A stretch of 49,120 bases of DNA from Chloroflexota bacterium (GTDB lineage Bacteria > Chloroflexota > Dehalococcoidia > GIF9 > UBA5629): contig VGNY01000003.1 of assembly GCA_016865895.1 (NCBI GenBank), positions 1-49,120 of the forward strand, written 5' to 3'. A program made the translations under genes and the position numbers. Under the pieces are notes generated by a model that saw only the letters and a list, made by a program, of their open reading frames with translations, was not told the origin of the DNA and did not search any database. The first letter of the stretch is position 1. Each line of letters begins with the position of its first letter. Below are positions 16,214 to 26,855 of the stretch, in pieces.

Positions 16214-17779
16214 CTACGATTCTGGCTGTTTGAGTCCCATTATCACCTTAGGTATCACCGGCAAAAGGTCACTAGCTAACATGCCGGCATCACCCAACTC
16301 TTGTCTGACCACCTCTCCAGCCTGGCCATGAAGATAGACACCACAAGCTGCAGCATCAAAAAGAGATAACCCCTGGGCCACCAAACCAGCAACTGCACCA
16401 GCAAGGACATCGCCAGTCCCCGCCGAGGCTAATCCCGGGTTAGCAATCTGGCTAATTTTAGCTCGCCCATCAGATGCCGCCACAATAGTATAAGCCCCTT
16501 TAAGCACAATCACCTTCCGCCACTCCATAGCCGCTTTCCGAACGACCTCTAAACGCTGCCGCTGTACTTCCTCCACTGAAATTCCAGCTAGCCGCGCCAT
16601 CTCACCAGGATGTGGCGTAAGTATAGCATCCTGATTCAGCTTCTGCCACCAATTCGGTATTTGCGCTAACGTATTTAAAGCATCAGCATCAAGAACTAAA
16701 GCCGAAGAGGAACTTTTTGATAGGTCAAACAGAGTGGACTTGATAAATTCCACAACTTGCGCCTTCTGTCCCAGACCACAACCTACAAGCAAAACTTCAT
16801 AGTCAGACAACCACTGCTTTAGGACAGACCTTGCCTCAGCAGCGATTAGTCCAGCTTCAGCCTCCGGTAGAGGGGCATAAGTCACTTCGGTCAGTTTTGC
16901 TGCCAGAATCGGCTGAAGGCTCGAAGCAGTGGACAACGTTACCAGACCAGCCCCCACCCTGGCTGCTCCCATGCAGGCAAGATAAGCGGCCCCGATGTAG
17001 TTAACTGAGCCGGCCACTACCAGCACCCTGCCAAAGCTCCCCTTATTGGCATGAAGAGGACGCTTAGGCAACACTGAACTGGCCCAAGCTTCGGTGATTA
17101 ATTCGGTGGCTATATTTTCAGCCAGACTCGGTGGTATGCCGATGTCAGCTACAATAACTTTGCCAGCTCTTTCAGAACCGGGAAAGTTGAATAACCCGGG
17201 CTTGGGATAACCGAGGGTGACAGTAGCATCAGCATAAGGACAGCTCGGGTCGACAGCCCCGATATCGGAATCAATCCCAGAAGGCACATCAACAGCAACA
17301 ACAAAAAGCATGGGATTCTTTTGTTTAGCGGCTGCTACTCTGGTCAGCACTTGCTTAAATACACCTTCAACAGCCCGACTTCTACCTGTACCAAAGACAG
17401 CATCAATCACTACTTCGGAAAGGACCAAAAGCCTGTCCAAGTTAGTCCAACCTTTATCCTGGTCAGCTTGAATAACAGATATACCACGCTCTTTAGCTAA
17501 TGCCAGGTTCTTATCATCCGCCGAACGCTGACTACACAGGTAAAGAGTAACCTCAGCACCCCAATCCTCAAGGTAACGCCCCGCCACCAAACCATCACCA
17601 CCATTATTGCCCGGGCCAACCATAACCAGGATATGCTTGCCCATAACATTGCCGATGAGTTTCCTTGTCTCCTCGGCTACAGCTCGCCCGGCATTCTCCA
17701 TCAACGTCTCGGTAGTCAACCCAATGCTAGCAGCATTGCGGTCAATCTCCCGCATTTGCTCCGAAGTAACAACCTTCAT
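16214..17779 (-). CDS. nnr: Bifunctional NAD(P)H-hydrate epimerase/dehydratase
   Basis: LMENAG, GPGNNGGDG, DADALN, TPHPGEM and AGTGDVLAG motifs. The likely start is MKVVT at 17779; the ORF-track extension translates a repeat. Confidence 0.94.
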   Translation of the reverse strand: MKVVTSEQMREIDRNAASIGLTTETLMENAGRAVAEETRKLIGNVMGKHILVMVGPGNNGGDGLVAGRYLEDWGAEVTLYLCSQRSADDKNLALAKERGISVIQADQDKGWTNLDRLLVLSEVVIDAVFGTGRSRAVEGVFKQVLTRVAAAKQKNPMLFVVAVDVPSGIDSDIGAVDPSCPYADATVTLGYPKPGLFNFPGSERAGKVIVADIGIPPSLAENIATELITEAWASSVLPKRPLHANKGSFGRVLVVAGSVNYIGAAYLACMGAARVGAGLVTLSTASSLQPILAAKLTEVTYAPLPEAEAGLIAAEARSVLKQWLSDYEVLLVGCGLGQKAQVVEFIKSTLFDLSKSSSSALVLDADALNTLAQIPNWWQKLNQDAILTPHPGEMARLAGISVEEVQRQRLEVVRKAAMEWRKVIVLKGAYTIVAASDGRAKISQIANPGLASAGTGDVLAGAVAGLVAQGLSLFDAAACGVYLHGQAGEVVRQELGDAGMLASDLLPVIPKVIMGLKQPES

Positions 17780-17820
17780 AATCCCAAACCGCCTTTCACA
17801 ATCTATCCAATAATCCCGCC

Positions 17821-17885
17821 TGTCATTCTGAGGGAGCGAAGCGACCAAAGAATCTAGAGACGCTTCGCTGCCACTCAGGGTGACA
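17821..17885. repeat. TGTCA...TGACA palindromic intergenic element
   Basis: TGTCATTCTGAG..AGCGAAGCG...CGCTTCGCT...CTCAGGGTGACA; related copies at 41789 and 44440. Confidence 0.8.
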
Positions 17886-17903
17886 GCTAACATTCACTAT
17901 TTA

Positions 17904-18398
17904 TTACTTCTGCGCTGCGAACATCTCCAGTTCCCGGCTCATTGCCTCCCAGTGTGTCCCTTGCCAGTAGATGCGATGGCAGGACCGGCATTCCATAAAC
18001 TTGCTCCGGGTCTTGAAGACATAAGGTGGCACCAAATCTCGCACCTCGTCCTTATCCTTCTCCACTAAGACCTCATTACATTCGAGACAGATAGAAAACG
18101 GCCTGAAGCAGTCCAGTTTTAAGACGTCAACAACCTGCCGCAATTGTGCCTTGTGGTCACTATTCTCAATAAGGATGGCTTTAAGTCTACCACTTGTTAT
18201 CACCCGTCGCCTCATAATCTGTGTGTCCTTAGTCAAAATCACCCTATTCTGCGCCAAAGCGGTTTTGACCATCTTGCCATCGTCCTCCCCAGTAAAAAGC
18301 ACAGCATCGTATCCCATTATCCTTAGCCACTTCGCCAGTTTACCAACATTATGGTCAACAATAAACTTGATTTCCACAGCCTGTCCCATTCCAGCCAT
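17904..18398 (-). CDS. Mut7-C (DUF82) PIN-like RNase with Zn ribbon
   Basis: FIVDHNVGKLAKWLRIMGYD, LTKD, CLECN and CRSCHRIYWQGTHW. Confidence 0.92.
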   Translation of the reverse strand: MAGMGQAVEIKFIVDHNVGKLAKWLRIMGYDAVLFTGEDDGKMVKTALAQNRVILTKDTQIMRRRVITSGRLKAILIENSDHKAQLRQVVDVLKLDCFRPFSICLECNEVLVEKDKDEVRDLVPPYVFKTRSKFMECRSCHRIYWQGTHWEAMSRELEMFAAQK

Positions 18399-19066
18399 TA
18401 CCTAACACTAAGAGGATTAAAATCGACTCCGTAATCGTAGACATCAATGCCTTCTTTCCGCTTCAAATAACCTACAACAACATACGTCAACGGGGTAGCT
18501 ATAATCTCATAGACAGACTTCACCAACCAGTGGCCCAGAATCATAACACCCAACACAGAAAGTGGCAGCACCCCCACAAAAGCAATGGTTAGAACGACCA
18601 CAGTATCTACACCCTGTCCTACCAAAGTGGAGCCGATAGTTCTCGTCCACAGCCACCGGCCCTTGGTCATTATCTTCATCTTAGCCAGGATGAAGGAATT
18701 GCTAAACTCGCCCGCAAGATAAGCTAGAAAAGAAGCTAACAGGAAACGAGGGGTACTACCCAAAATACGTTCATAAGCACCCTGTGCCTCAAAGACCGGC
18801 GCTGGAGGCAATATTTTGGCTATCCAGATAGCCACCACTGTCACCAAATTACACAAAAAACCAAGCCAGATTACACGCCGTGCCTGCTGATAACCATAAA
18901 CCTCAGTGAGAATATCGCCGATAATGTAGCTCAAAGGGAAAATTATTATCGCTGCTGGTAGAATTATGCTGCCGATACTTACCTGCTTCGCAATTATGAT
19001 ATTAGACGTAATCAAGCAGGTGACAAAAAGAGCTGTCACTACAACAAATCTATGAGAAAAAGTCAT
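18398..19066 (-). CDS. yhhQ: Queuosine precursor transporter (YhhQ/COG1738)
   Basis: FPLSYIIGDILTEVYG, ASFLAYL and LWTRTIGSTLVGQGVDT. Start placed at ATG 19066 to avoid overlap with corA. Confidence 0.9.
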   Translation of the reverse strand: MTFSHRFVVVTALFVTCLITSNIIIAKQVSIGSIILPAAIIIFPLSYIIGDILTEVYGYQQARRVIWLGFLCNLVTVVAIWIAKILPPAPVFEAQGAYERILGSTPRFLLASFLAYLAGEFSNSFILAKMKIMTKGRWLWTRTIGSTLVGQGVDTVVVLTIAFVGVLPLSVLGVMILGHWLVKSVYEIIATPLTYVVVGYLKRKEGIDVYDYGVDFNPLSVR

Positions 19067-19094
19067 GGTGAAAGCCTTTGCACCCAAGTCAACC

Positions 19095-20057
19095 CTAGAT
19101 CCAATGCCTGCGACGGAAGAACCAGAGCATAGCCACAGCAATGCCTAGCATGATGAGAAGTATTATCACCAAAGGCCATAAGTTGGGAACTTGTTCTTCC
19201 CCGCCAGGTAAACGGATATTCATACCATAGATGCTGGCAAGTAGAGTTGCTGGCGCCATAATCGCCATGACTATAGTCAGTATCCGCATTACCTCCTGAA
19301 TTCGATGCGAGGTTAGCCAGTTGCTGGTATCTGCTAACCCATCCACCACCTCCTTACAGTCTTCCAGACCATCCCAAATCTTGCGGATATGGTCAGCAAT
19401 ATCGCCAAAATATATGTCCTGGTCTTCTTTCAAAAAGGGATATTCTTCCTTCTCCAACATCTCAACTACACTGACCTGTGGGTGAATAACGCGACGGAAA
19501 GAGATAAGGTCCCGTCGAATCATCATGATTTCATGTACCGTTTCTGGAACCGGCCTAGCAAAAATAAGGTCTTCCAACTTCTCAGCGTTATCTACCACCT
19601 TGTCAAGAATCGGGAAACAGTAATTAACCAATCTATCCAGTATATGATAAAGCAAAAAGCCTGAACTACGACTCATATATGCGCTACATATACCTTCATC
19701 AACATGGCACTCATTAAAAAATTTAGCCAGCGGCTTCAAATCACCTGACTTGTGAATAGTGACCACATAAGTTTCACCGATGAATATATCGACCTCACTG
19801 GGTGTGGTTACCCGATTCTCTTTGTTAAACACAGGAAAATGCAGCACGATAAAAAGGTGGTCGGGGTACTCATCGATTTTAGGACGTTGCACTCGGCTCA
19901 AGACATCGTCTAGATTGAGAAGGTGGAAGTTAAAGCGCTGAGCCAAATACTCCACATCCTGCATGGTTGGCTTTTCTATATAGACCCAGTTCAGTTTACC
20001 ACACTCAATCAAGCTCACATTTGACGTTTTCTCTTCATTAACCAATGGCATTGACAT
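19095..20057 (-). CDS. corA: CorA-family Mg2+/Co2+ transporter
   Basis: QRPKIDEY and the YGMN signature between two C-terminal TM helices. Confidence 0.92.
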   Translation of the reverse strand: MSMPLVNEEKTSNVSLIECGKLNWVYIEKPTMQDVEYLAQRFNFHLLNLDDVLSRVQRPKIDEYPDHLFIVLHFPVFNKENRVTTPSEVDIFIGETYVVTIHKSGDLKPLAKFFNECHVDEGICSAYMSRSSGFLLYHILDRLVNYCFPILDKVVDNAEKLEDLIFARPVPETVHEIMMIRRDLISFRRVIHPQVSVVEMLEKEEYPFLKEDQDIYFGDIADHIRKIWDGLEDCKEVVDGLADTSNWLTSHRIQEVMRILTIVMAIMAPATLLASIYGMNIRLPGGEEQVPNLWPLVIILLIMLGIAVAMLWFFRRRHWI

Positions 20058-20204
20058 GTCTCAATCACCAAAGAGATAAAATCTTGCCTTATTTTACCAC
20101 AATTTGAAGGCTAAGAAGCGGTCAATATATCAGGCAAGTCTTAAATAGGGGATAAATCGTAACCCTGAAACTGACTCCGCTTTTTATAAAGGGAACTACA
20201 AAGT

Positions 20205-21776
20205 CTAAACTTTCCGCCCAGATTCTAACTGAAATCCGCAGTTGTTTATTATCAGCCTGCCGTCCATAAAAAGGGCAGCTACCCGGCTTCCTAAAACGTG
20301 CAAATCCTCAAGTGGGTCACCGTCAACTATCGCCAGGTCAGCCGTTTTGCCAGTTTCAATAGAGCCAAATTCCTTTTCCAACCCCATTGCGTAGGCACTA
20401 TTGATTGTGGCAATCCGCACCGCATCAGCACCACTAAACCGTATATCATCAGGCTCTTTATTCATAATAAGGTCGAACATGTTTATTTCATGTCCTATCA
20501 TCGCCGGCGTACACATAGGAATACCCCCGTCATTTCCGCATGCTATAAGAGCGCCTTGCTCAAAAAGCATCCTGAAATTTTCCACACCATCAGAAATCAT
20601 ACTCGAATAGTATTTATACATTACAGATGTATCAATAATACCCATAGCTTTCAATTTGCCAGTGCTGATTTGGCGAAACGCTTTCATCACACTATCTCTT
20701 AATTCAGGTATCCAGTATTCATTCGCAAGAGCCGCCCAAGTCTTGTCCCTGAACTCCGTTACCCTATCCATATCCGGATGGTCATTGTAGGGATTTCCTC
20801 TGACCTTCCAGCAAAGGTCGTAAGCCACCGAGAGCGTAGGTTCAACAATGCAACCCGCTGACTTGAAAGCCTCTACATCCGCCTGAGTAAGGCGGGCATT
20901 GGCGGGGATATGTGCGAGTGATGAAACACCGCTTTTCACTCCACGTCGAAAGGACTCTACAGAAGTATGATGCATGGTAGCCTTAACATTCCTACGCCAT
21001 GCTTGGTCTGTCAGGGCTTCCATCTGTTCCAGTGTCATTATTGTCGCATCAGGCTTGAAATTACTCAAATTCTCACGCTGTTCCCCAATTTTAATAAGGT
21101 CAGCACCTCGTTCGTCAATGGCTCTATCCACCGCGTCTCTGACCTGCCTTTCATTCGCATCCATCGGAAAAACCACAACACCAGAATAATCTTTTTCATG
21201 GTCAACAATCGGCATACCCAAGGCATAATATAGCAAACGCACCATCGGAGTAACCTTCGGTGACATATAGCCACCTGGCTGGGTCACCACTACCGCTTGT
21301 AAAATGCGTGGGCCCCATATTTCTTTTCTAAAAATTCTATCCCTCAGCGCCCTGCTAGGACGCAAATCATCTCCCCATGCGTCCCTAATGTTTGTGATGC
21401 CGTGGGCAAGGCATTCAGCCATGCTTTTTGCCATTTGCTTCTCGCGATATTTTCTACTGAGCTTCGAAGCATGCATGTCAAACAACAACGAAGGCGTTGT
21501 TAGAATTGCATGACAGTGAGTATTGAAGAGTCCCGGAAGCACGGTTTTGCCCTTCAGGTCTACTATGAAGTCGGGGGTTATATTTCGGGGCTCACCCGGC
21601 AGGCCGGGCATAGCTTTAATCTTTTTCCCCTGGACGATGACTCCTACCTGAGGAAGAAAATAGCAACCATTTACAACGTCGAGGAATCGGCAGTTTTTTA
21701 GCTCTACACAGGCATCATCCCCAGGCTCATATTCTTCGACAAAATGAACCTCAGGATAATCTCTCTTATCAGCCAT
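20205..21776 (-). CDS. Metal-dependent amidohydrolase family protein
   Basis: PGLFNTHCH, GITNIRD, GND, ATINSA and GSIETGKTADL. Confidence 0.9.
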   Translation of the reverse strand: MADKRDYPEVHFVEEYEPGDDACVELKNCRFLDVVNGCYFLPQVGVIVQGKKIKAMPGLPGEPRNITPDFIVDLKGKTVLPGLFNTHCHAILTTPSLLFDMHASKLSRKYREKQMAKSMAECLAHGITNIRDAWGDDLRPSRALRDRIFRKEIWGPRILQAVVVTQPGGYMSPKVTPMVRLLYYALGMPIVDHEKDYSGVVVFPMDANERQVRDAVDRAIDERGADLIKIGEQRENLSNFKPDATIMTLEQMEALTDQAWRRNVKATMHHTSVESFRRGVKSGVSSLAHIPANARLTQADVEAFKSAGCIVEPTLSVAYDLCWKVRGNPYNDHPDMDRVTEFRDKTWAALANEYWIPELRDSVMKAFRQISTGKLKAMGIIDTSVMYKYYSSMISDGVENFRMLFEQGALIACGNDGGIPMCTPAMIGHEINMFDLIMNKEPDDIRFSGADAVRIATINSAYAMGLEKEFGSIETGKTADLAIVDGDPLEDLHVLGSRVAALFMDGRLIINNCGFQLESGRKV

Positions 21777-21871
21777 TTAATAGCCCCAACTTCAGCTACT
21801 ACTCTGTCTAGCAGTCTCAAAAAGTTGGCAAAAATGAGGGGCTTCTCTATTATCCAGTTCTGAGCCTTAGC

Positions 21872-23155
21872 TCAATAAACCCGCTCATCAACTATCAGTT
21901 TATGAAGTTCAGGTATTACCCCTTTGGCTACAAATTCAACCCGGTCAACCTTGATTCGCACCGCGTCACTCACAACCTTATTTAACTCCTGAGCCAGTTT
22001 CTCCTTATCAACCCCCTCCTCACCCTTGAGTTCCACTTTAAGCGTTAACTCGTCTCGATGACCAGGCCTGGTCACTACCGCCTGATACTGGGCAACCTGT
22101 GGAAATTTAACCATCGCTGGCTCAAGCTGCCGAGGATGGATAAACATGCCTCTGGTTCTAACAGCATCACCTACTCTACCCAAAAGGCGTGTAATCCGTA
22201 GAGCACTCCTGCCACAAGGACAAGGTTCTTCAATCCAGCCAGCAAGGTCTCCAGTGGCGAATCGTATTAATGGATAAATCTCATCAATCGGAGTCACTAC
22301 CACTTCGCCAACTTCGCCAGGGCCTACCGGCTTTCCAGTTTCATAACTAATTATCTCTACTATAACTTCCTCGGCTATATGCATACCATTTCTCTCACTG
22401 CACTCATAAGCCATAAAGCCAACATCAGCCGTCCCGTAGGCATCTCTGGTAGCAATGCCATACTTCTCCTCAACCAATTTCCTGATTTGACCACCACCCA
22501 TCTCACCGCCAATGCAGGCTAACTTGAGGTTGAAATCTTTGCGAACATCAAAGCCCATCTCCTCGGCTTTATTGATGATATTCATGAAAAAGCCCGTAGT
22601 TCCGAAAAATCCGGTAACTTTAAGCTGGTGCATAACTTGAACCTGAAGTTCAGTGTTGCCCACCCCCATAGGTATAACCGTAATTCCGGCTCGTCTCATT
22701 GCTTCATCAACCATGTGCCCCGCAGGCACCAGATGATAAGACCAGGTATTGATAACAACGTCACCCTTGCCAAAACCAAGAGACTTTACTAGGGAGACAA
22801 GCCGCTGCCAGAAACCTTCACTTTGATGATGTGGGTCATAGATGGGACCAGGAGAAACGTATACCCTCTCCAAATCTCCTATAGGGACAGTCACTAATCC
22901 GCCAAGAGGCGGATTATTTTTGTACAAATCCACCAGTTCGTCCTTCCTCAGGAGAGGCAAATTCTCCAAATCCTTGATGCCCGACACTGCAGATGGTTTA
23001 ATGCCTGCTTTATCAAATCTCGCCCTGGTTGCCGGAGCCTTTTCATAAGCATAAGCAACTAACCACTTCAGACGTTCATCCAGATACTTCCGCCTCTCTT
23101 CCCGAGACATCTTCTCCAATACTTCAAATGAAGATGCAGCTTTTTTGGTTCTCAT
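21872..23155 (-). CDS. Phenylacetate-CoA ligase-like AMP-binding protein (paralog 2)
   Basis: SPGPIYDP, YGTAD, YPLIRFATGDL and RGMFIHP. Confidence 0.88.
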   Translation of the reverse strand: MRTKKAASSFEVLEKMSREERRKYLDERLKWLVAYAYEKAPATRARFDKAGIKPSAVSGIKDLENLPLLRKDELVDLYKNNPPLGGLVTVPIGDLERVYVSPGPIYDPHHQSEGFWQRLVSLVKSLGFGKGDVVINTWSYHLVPAGHMVDEAMRRAGITVIPMGVGNTELQVQVMHQLKVTGFFGTTGFFMNIINKAEEMGFDVRKDFNLKLACIGGEMGGGQIRKLVEEKYGIATRDAYGTADVGFMAYECSERNGMHIAEEVIVEIISYETGKPVGPGEVGEVVVTPIDEIYPLIRFATGDLAGWIEEPCPCGRSALRITRLLGRVGDAVRTRGMFIHPRQLEPAMVKFPQVAQYQAVVTRPGHRDELTLKVELKGEEGVDKEKLAQELNKVVSDAVRIKVDRVEFVAKGVIPELHKLIVDERVY

Positions 23156-23201
23156 TACTTCCCCCTTCGTTTATTCTTAGTTCAAGTAACTTGTAATGTA
23201 G

Positions 23202-24476
23202 CTAATACTTTCGCTCATCAACAATGCGTTTGGCGCCTTCAGCAATAATGCCTTTGGCAACAAACTCCACGCGATCGAATCTTACTTTGCACACATCTCT
23301 GAAATCCTTATCTAGTGCAGTCTTCAGTTTCTCCTTATCAACAGTCTCGTCGACAAGCTCAACTTTGAGAACCATCTCATCTCTGTGTTGAGGGCGCACC
23401 ACCACCAGCTGATACCGCGAAATCTCAGGAAATCTAGAAATGACTTCGTCTGATTGCTTAGGGTGGACAAACATCCCCCTCACCCTGACAGCCTCCCCAC
23501 TCCTTCCCATAATCTTCGGTACCCTCGGTGTTGTCCTTCCGCAACCGCATGGCTCTTCAACAAAGCAGGCCAGGTCACCAGTACCAAAGCGAATCAGCGG
23601 ATAAACTTCATCAAACGGGGTCACTACCACCTCGCCAACCTCACCAGGGGTGAGTTGCTTCCCTGTTGCTGGGTCCACTATCTCAACTATGGCATCACAA
23701 CTAACATGCATACCTGCCTGTTTCTCGCACCCTGTAGCTATTGTCCCTATGTCAGCCGTGGCATAATTATCTCCACCCATACAGAAAATTCCATACTTCT
23801 CCTGGAACAGTTTCCTCAGCGGTTCTCCCCCCATTTCTCCACCAACCATAGCCCATTTCAGATTGAAATCTTTTTTAAAATCATACCCCATCTCCTCAGC
23901 TTTATCTATGATAATTTTAAGAAAGCTGGGAGTGCCGACAAAACCATGCACCTTGAGGTCGTGCATAATCTGTACCTGTAGCTCGGTATTTCCGGTGCCT
24001 GTGGGGACAACGGTAAACCCTAAATTCCTGAGTGTTTGGTCAACTCCCAAGCCCGCAGGTGTTATGTGATATGACCATGTATTCATTACAATCTGCCCTT
24101 TGCCAAAGTCGGATGACATGCCAGCTCCCATACCGAAACCTCTCTTGCGTTGCGGGTCGTAAATAGGGCCTGGCGACTGATATATCCGCTCCAGACTATC
24201 CATAGGCACAGCTAGATACCCACCAAATGGAGGATTCGCCTTTTGGAGAGCAATCAAATCATCCTTCCTCAACAGCGGAATTTTTTCCAAATCCTTCACA
24301 GTACGAATATCGCTAGGCTTTACCCCAGCCTTGTCGAACCGCTCCTTTACCGCAGGTGCCCTCTCATAAGCATAAGTGATTATCTCACTCATTCTCCCCT
24401 CTAGGTATTTCTGCCTCTTCTCGGGAGCCATCCTCTCCAACTCCTGGGGTGACGGCCCAGATGCTTTCTTTTCCAT
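23202..24476 (-). CDS. Phenylacetate-CoA ligase-like AMP-binding protein (paralog 1)
   Basis: SPGPIYDP, YATAD, YPLIRFGTGDL and RGMFVHP; collinear with its neighbour. Confidence 0.88.
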   Translation of the reverse strand: MEKKASGPSPQELERMAPEKRQKYLEGRMSEIITYAYERAPAVKERFDKAGVKPSDIRTVKDLEKIPLLRKDDLIALQKANPPFGGYLAVPMDSLERIYQSPGPIYDPQRKRGFGMGAGMSSDFGKGQIVMNTWSYHITPAGLGVDQTLRNLGFTVVPTGTGNTELQVQIMHDLKVHGFVGTPSFLKIIIDKAEEMGYDFKKDFNLKWAMVGGEMGGEPLRKLFQEKYGIFCMGGDNYATADIGTIATGCEKQAGMHVSCDAIVEIVDPATGKQLTPGEVGEVVVTPFDEVYPLIRFGTGDLACFVEEPCGCGRTTPRVPKIMGRSGEAVRVRGMFVHPKQSDEVISRFPEISRYQLVVVRPQHRDEMVLKVELVDETVDKEKLKTALDKDFRDVCKVRFDRVEFVAKGIIAEGAKRIVDERKY

Positions 24477-24580
24477 GTTTCCCTCCCTCTTGACGATTTG
24501 ATGAAATAAATTATGCCTGATTTAGCACATCTGCACAAGACCTATAACAAGAGAGTCTTGGAATTTTTTTGAAAACGAGT

Positions 24581-24627
24581 TGCGACCCCACAGGGTCGCA
24601 TAATCTATGCATGACAAAACTAAAGTT
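24581..24627. repeat. Degenerate REP-like element TGCGACCCCACAGGGTCGCA
   Basis: Hairpin with the CGACCC-N-GGGTCG core shared with 9537 and 49074. Confidence 0.55.
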
Positions 24628-24656
24628 TGGCCACTAAAGCCTACTAAAACTCTTTT

Positions 24657-25451
24657 CTATGCCAGCCATCTCTTCCGCCTCCGATAGTGTTTCACCTCTC
24701 GATAACTCTTCCTCTCACCAACCTGGCTAAGCCCAAGATAAAACTCTTTTATGTCTTCATTATCCCGCAACTTTTCTGCCGGTCCATCCAGAACTACCCT
24801 ACCATTCTCCATAACATAACCATACACAGCAATCGATAACGCAGCTTTTACATTCTGCTCCACTAACAACATCGCCGTCTTCTCTTCAGTATTTATCCTT
24901 TGGACAATCTCAAAAATCTCGTGGACTAATTTAGGACTAAGACCTAATGATGGCTCGTCAAGGAGCACAACCTTAGGATGTATCATCAACGAACTGCCGA
25001 TAACCAGCATCTGCTGCTCACCGCCGGAAAGATAGCCGGCTACATTATGGCGAAGGTCTTTCAGCCTCGGAAAATACTCGTAAACCAAGTCCAGGTCTTT
25101 ACCCAGCCTGGCACCATCACCAGTCACATAAGCACTCGCTTTTAAATTCTCCTCCACCGTCAAATGGTCAAATAGACGCCTCCCTTCCATAACCTGCACA
25201 ATCCCCAACTTCACAATCTCCTCAGGATTCTTTCTATCTATTCTCTCTCCCTCAAATTCAATGCTGCCATCAGTTACCTCACCAACCTCGGTCCTGAGTA
25301 AACCAGATATTGCCTTAAGAGTCGTAGTCTTGCCAGCACCATTACCGCCAAGCAATGACACAATCTTCCCCGGTGCTACCTCCAAAGATACACCCTTCAA
25401 CACCAGTATGACATTATGGTAAATGACCTCAATATTATTGAGCCGTAACAT
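24657..25451 (-). CDS. ABC transporter ATP-binding subunit, LivF-like
   Basis: GGNGAGKTT, LSGGEQQM, DEPSLGL and VEQN. Confidence 0.93.
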   Translation of the reverse strand: MLRLNNIEVIYHNVILVLKGVSLEVAPGKIVSLLGGNGAGKTTTLKAISGLLRTEVGEVTDGSIEFEGERIDRKNPEEIVKLGIVQVMEGRRLFDHLTVEENLKASAYVTGDGARLGKDLDLVYEYFPRLKDLRHNVAGYLSGGEQQMLVIGSSLMIHPKVVLLDEPSLGLSPKLVHEIFEIVQRINTEEKTAMLLVEQNVKAALSIAVYGYVMENGRVVLDGPAEKLRDNEDIKEFYLGLSQVGERKSYREVKHYRRRKRWLA

Positions 25452-25468
25452 CTAATTTACCTTATAAC

Positions 25469-25497
25469 GGCAGGCCCCCGCCAAGCGGGGGTCTGCC
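25469..25497 (-). terminator. GC-rich stem-loop after the binding-protein gene (mRNA stabiliser or partial terminator)
   Basis: GGCAGGCCCCCGC-CAA-GCGGGGGTCTGCC; no clear U-tract. Confidence 0.55.
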
Positions 25498-25509
25498 AAA
25501 TCTCTACTC

Positions 25510-26784
25510 TTACTTCTTGTATTCGGCTGGCCTCAAATCGGGACAGGTGACCCAATCGGTAACCGGCAGCAGCTTGCCTTCCTGAACATTGAAGATACGA
25601 GTTTCCCTCGGCTCTGGCTTATCCGCAGCATATGTGTATTTGGTCAAGCCCAGAGGGCTATACTCCTTCAGTTTGATGAACTGATTCTTCAGCGCCGCAC
25701 CATCAAGCTTATCCCAGCCAACTTCCCTAGCCGCTTTTTCCACACAATAACAAACAGTATAGATCTGACCCCACACGGCAAGGTAACCCATCACCCTCTC
25801 TTTCGGCGCTCTATTATTTTTATCGGCAGTAGCAATGGCTAAGGCAACACCCTCAACATCAGGCATTGACCAGGATGCATAGCTGCGTGGGCCAACCACC
25901 CCATCAGCAAGCGCACCTGCCAACATGACAGCAGACTCATCCATACCCCACGGACCACTAGCACGATGAACCTTGCCCGGGGTAGTATCATAAAGGTCTT
26001 GATTCAACATACCTAAAGCCGCAGCGCTCTTATGAATTACTCCCGGGCCATGAGCTAGCGTATTGTCATACACCCAGTTAGCCCCTGCGGCCTTTATCGC
26101 CGTCATCTGGGTAGACACATCCAGGTCCCTTAAACCAAAAACACCTTCATATACAATCTCGACACCTTTGTTTTGCGCATAGTTCCGTGTTTCTTCAACC
26201 ATTATCGCCTTGCCATAAGGATTGTCCCAGGTGAGTATAGCCAATTTTACCTTCTGCCCTGTCTTCTTAGCCCAGACATCAGCCAACCAATCAATAGTAG
26301 CGCCCATGGAATCTGAATATCCCGGGATGGTAGAAAATTCATTCCCTACAGGATAAAGGGACTTAACTCCTGGGCTGTTACTGAAGCAAAATATATTATC
26401 TTCTACAAAGCGCTCCTTCAGCGCTTCAGCCTCGGCTGAGCCATAAATGAGCGTTACGACAGGATAGGGCTTCGATTCCTTGAATGCAGCATAAGCCGCC
26501 AATGCGGCATCTAGCTTGCCCCCAGTGTCTCGAAACATGTGGTCCACGGGGACTCCGTCAATTCCACCCCGTTCTGCGTTGAACCAAGCTACGAAATCAG
26601 TAAAGCCGGTCACCAGAGGTGCCGTAATCCCTGCATAAGGCCCACTCAAGTCACCAAAATGATGAATAATGAACTTGTCCGGCTTAGCTACCGGTGGCGG
26701 TGCCGGCTTAGCACAGCCAAGAACCGGCGTCAACATCAACGCCACTATTACCAGCGCTATTGTACTAATGTTTCTCTTGGTCAA
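25510..26784 (-). CDS. ABC transporter substrate-binding lipoprotein (LivK/type I periplasmic fold)
   Basis: Lipobox-like VLGC, DLSGPYA and DNPYG. AAGGAGGTG SD supports the TTG start at 26784. Confidence 0.88.
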   Translation of the reverse strand: MTKRNISTIALVIVALMLTPVLGCAKPAPPPVAKPDKFIIHHFGDLSGPYAGITAPLVTGFTDFVAWFNAERGGIDGVPVDHMFRDTGGKLDAALAAYAAFKESKPYPVVTLIYGSAEAEALKERFVEDNIFCFSNSPGVKSLYPVGNEFSTIPGYSDSMGATIDWLADVWAKKTGQKVKLAILTWDNPYGKAIMVEETRNYAQNKGVEIVYEGVFGLRDLDVSTQMTAIKAAGANWVYDNTLAHGPGVIHKSAAALGMLNQDLYDTTPGKVHRASGPWGMDESAVMLAGALADGVVGPRSYASWSMPDVEGVALAIATADKNNRAPKERVMGYLAVWGQIYTVCYCVEKAAREVGWDKLDGAALKNQFIKLKEYSPLGLTKYTYAADKPEPRETRIFNVQEGKLLPVTDWVTCPDLRPAEYKK

Positions 26785-26855
26785 ATCACACCTCCTTTTC
26801 GCCAAGACTAAAAACTCCTCGCTACTGTTTTTAATTACCTGCTATTCTCACCCCC

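Noticed and set aside
17780-17893. 38-aa N-terminal extension of Nnr in the ORF track
   Set aside because: It largely translates the palindromic repeat; the family-typical start with an SD-like sequence is at 17779.
19067-19141. N-terminal extension of YhhQ, or a preQ1 riboswitch
   Set aside because: The extension overlaps the corA 3' end, and no preQ1 consensus was recognised.
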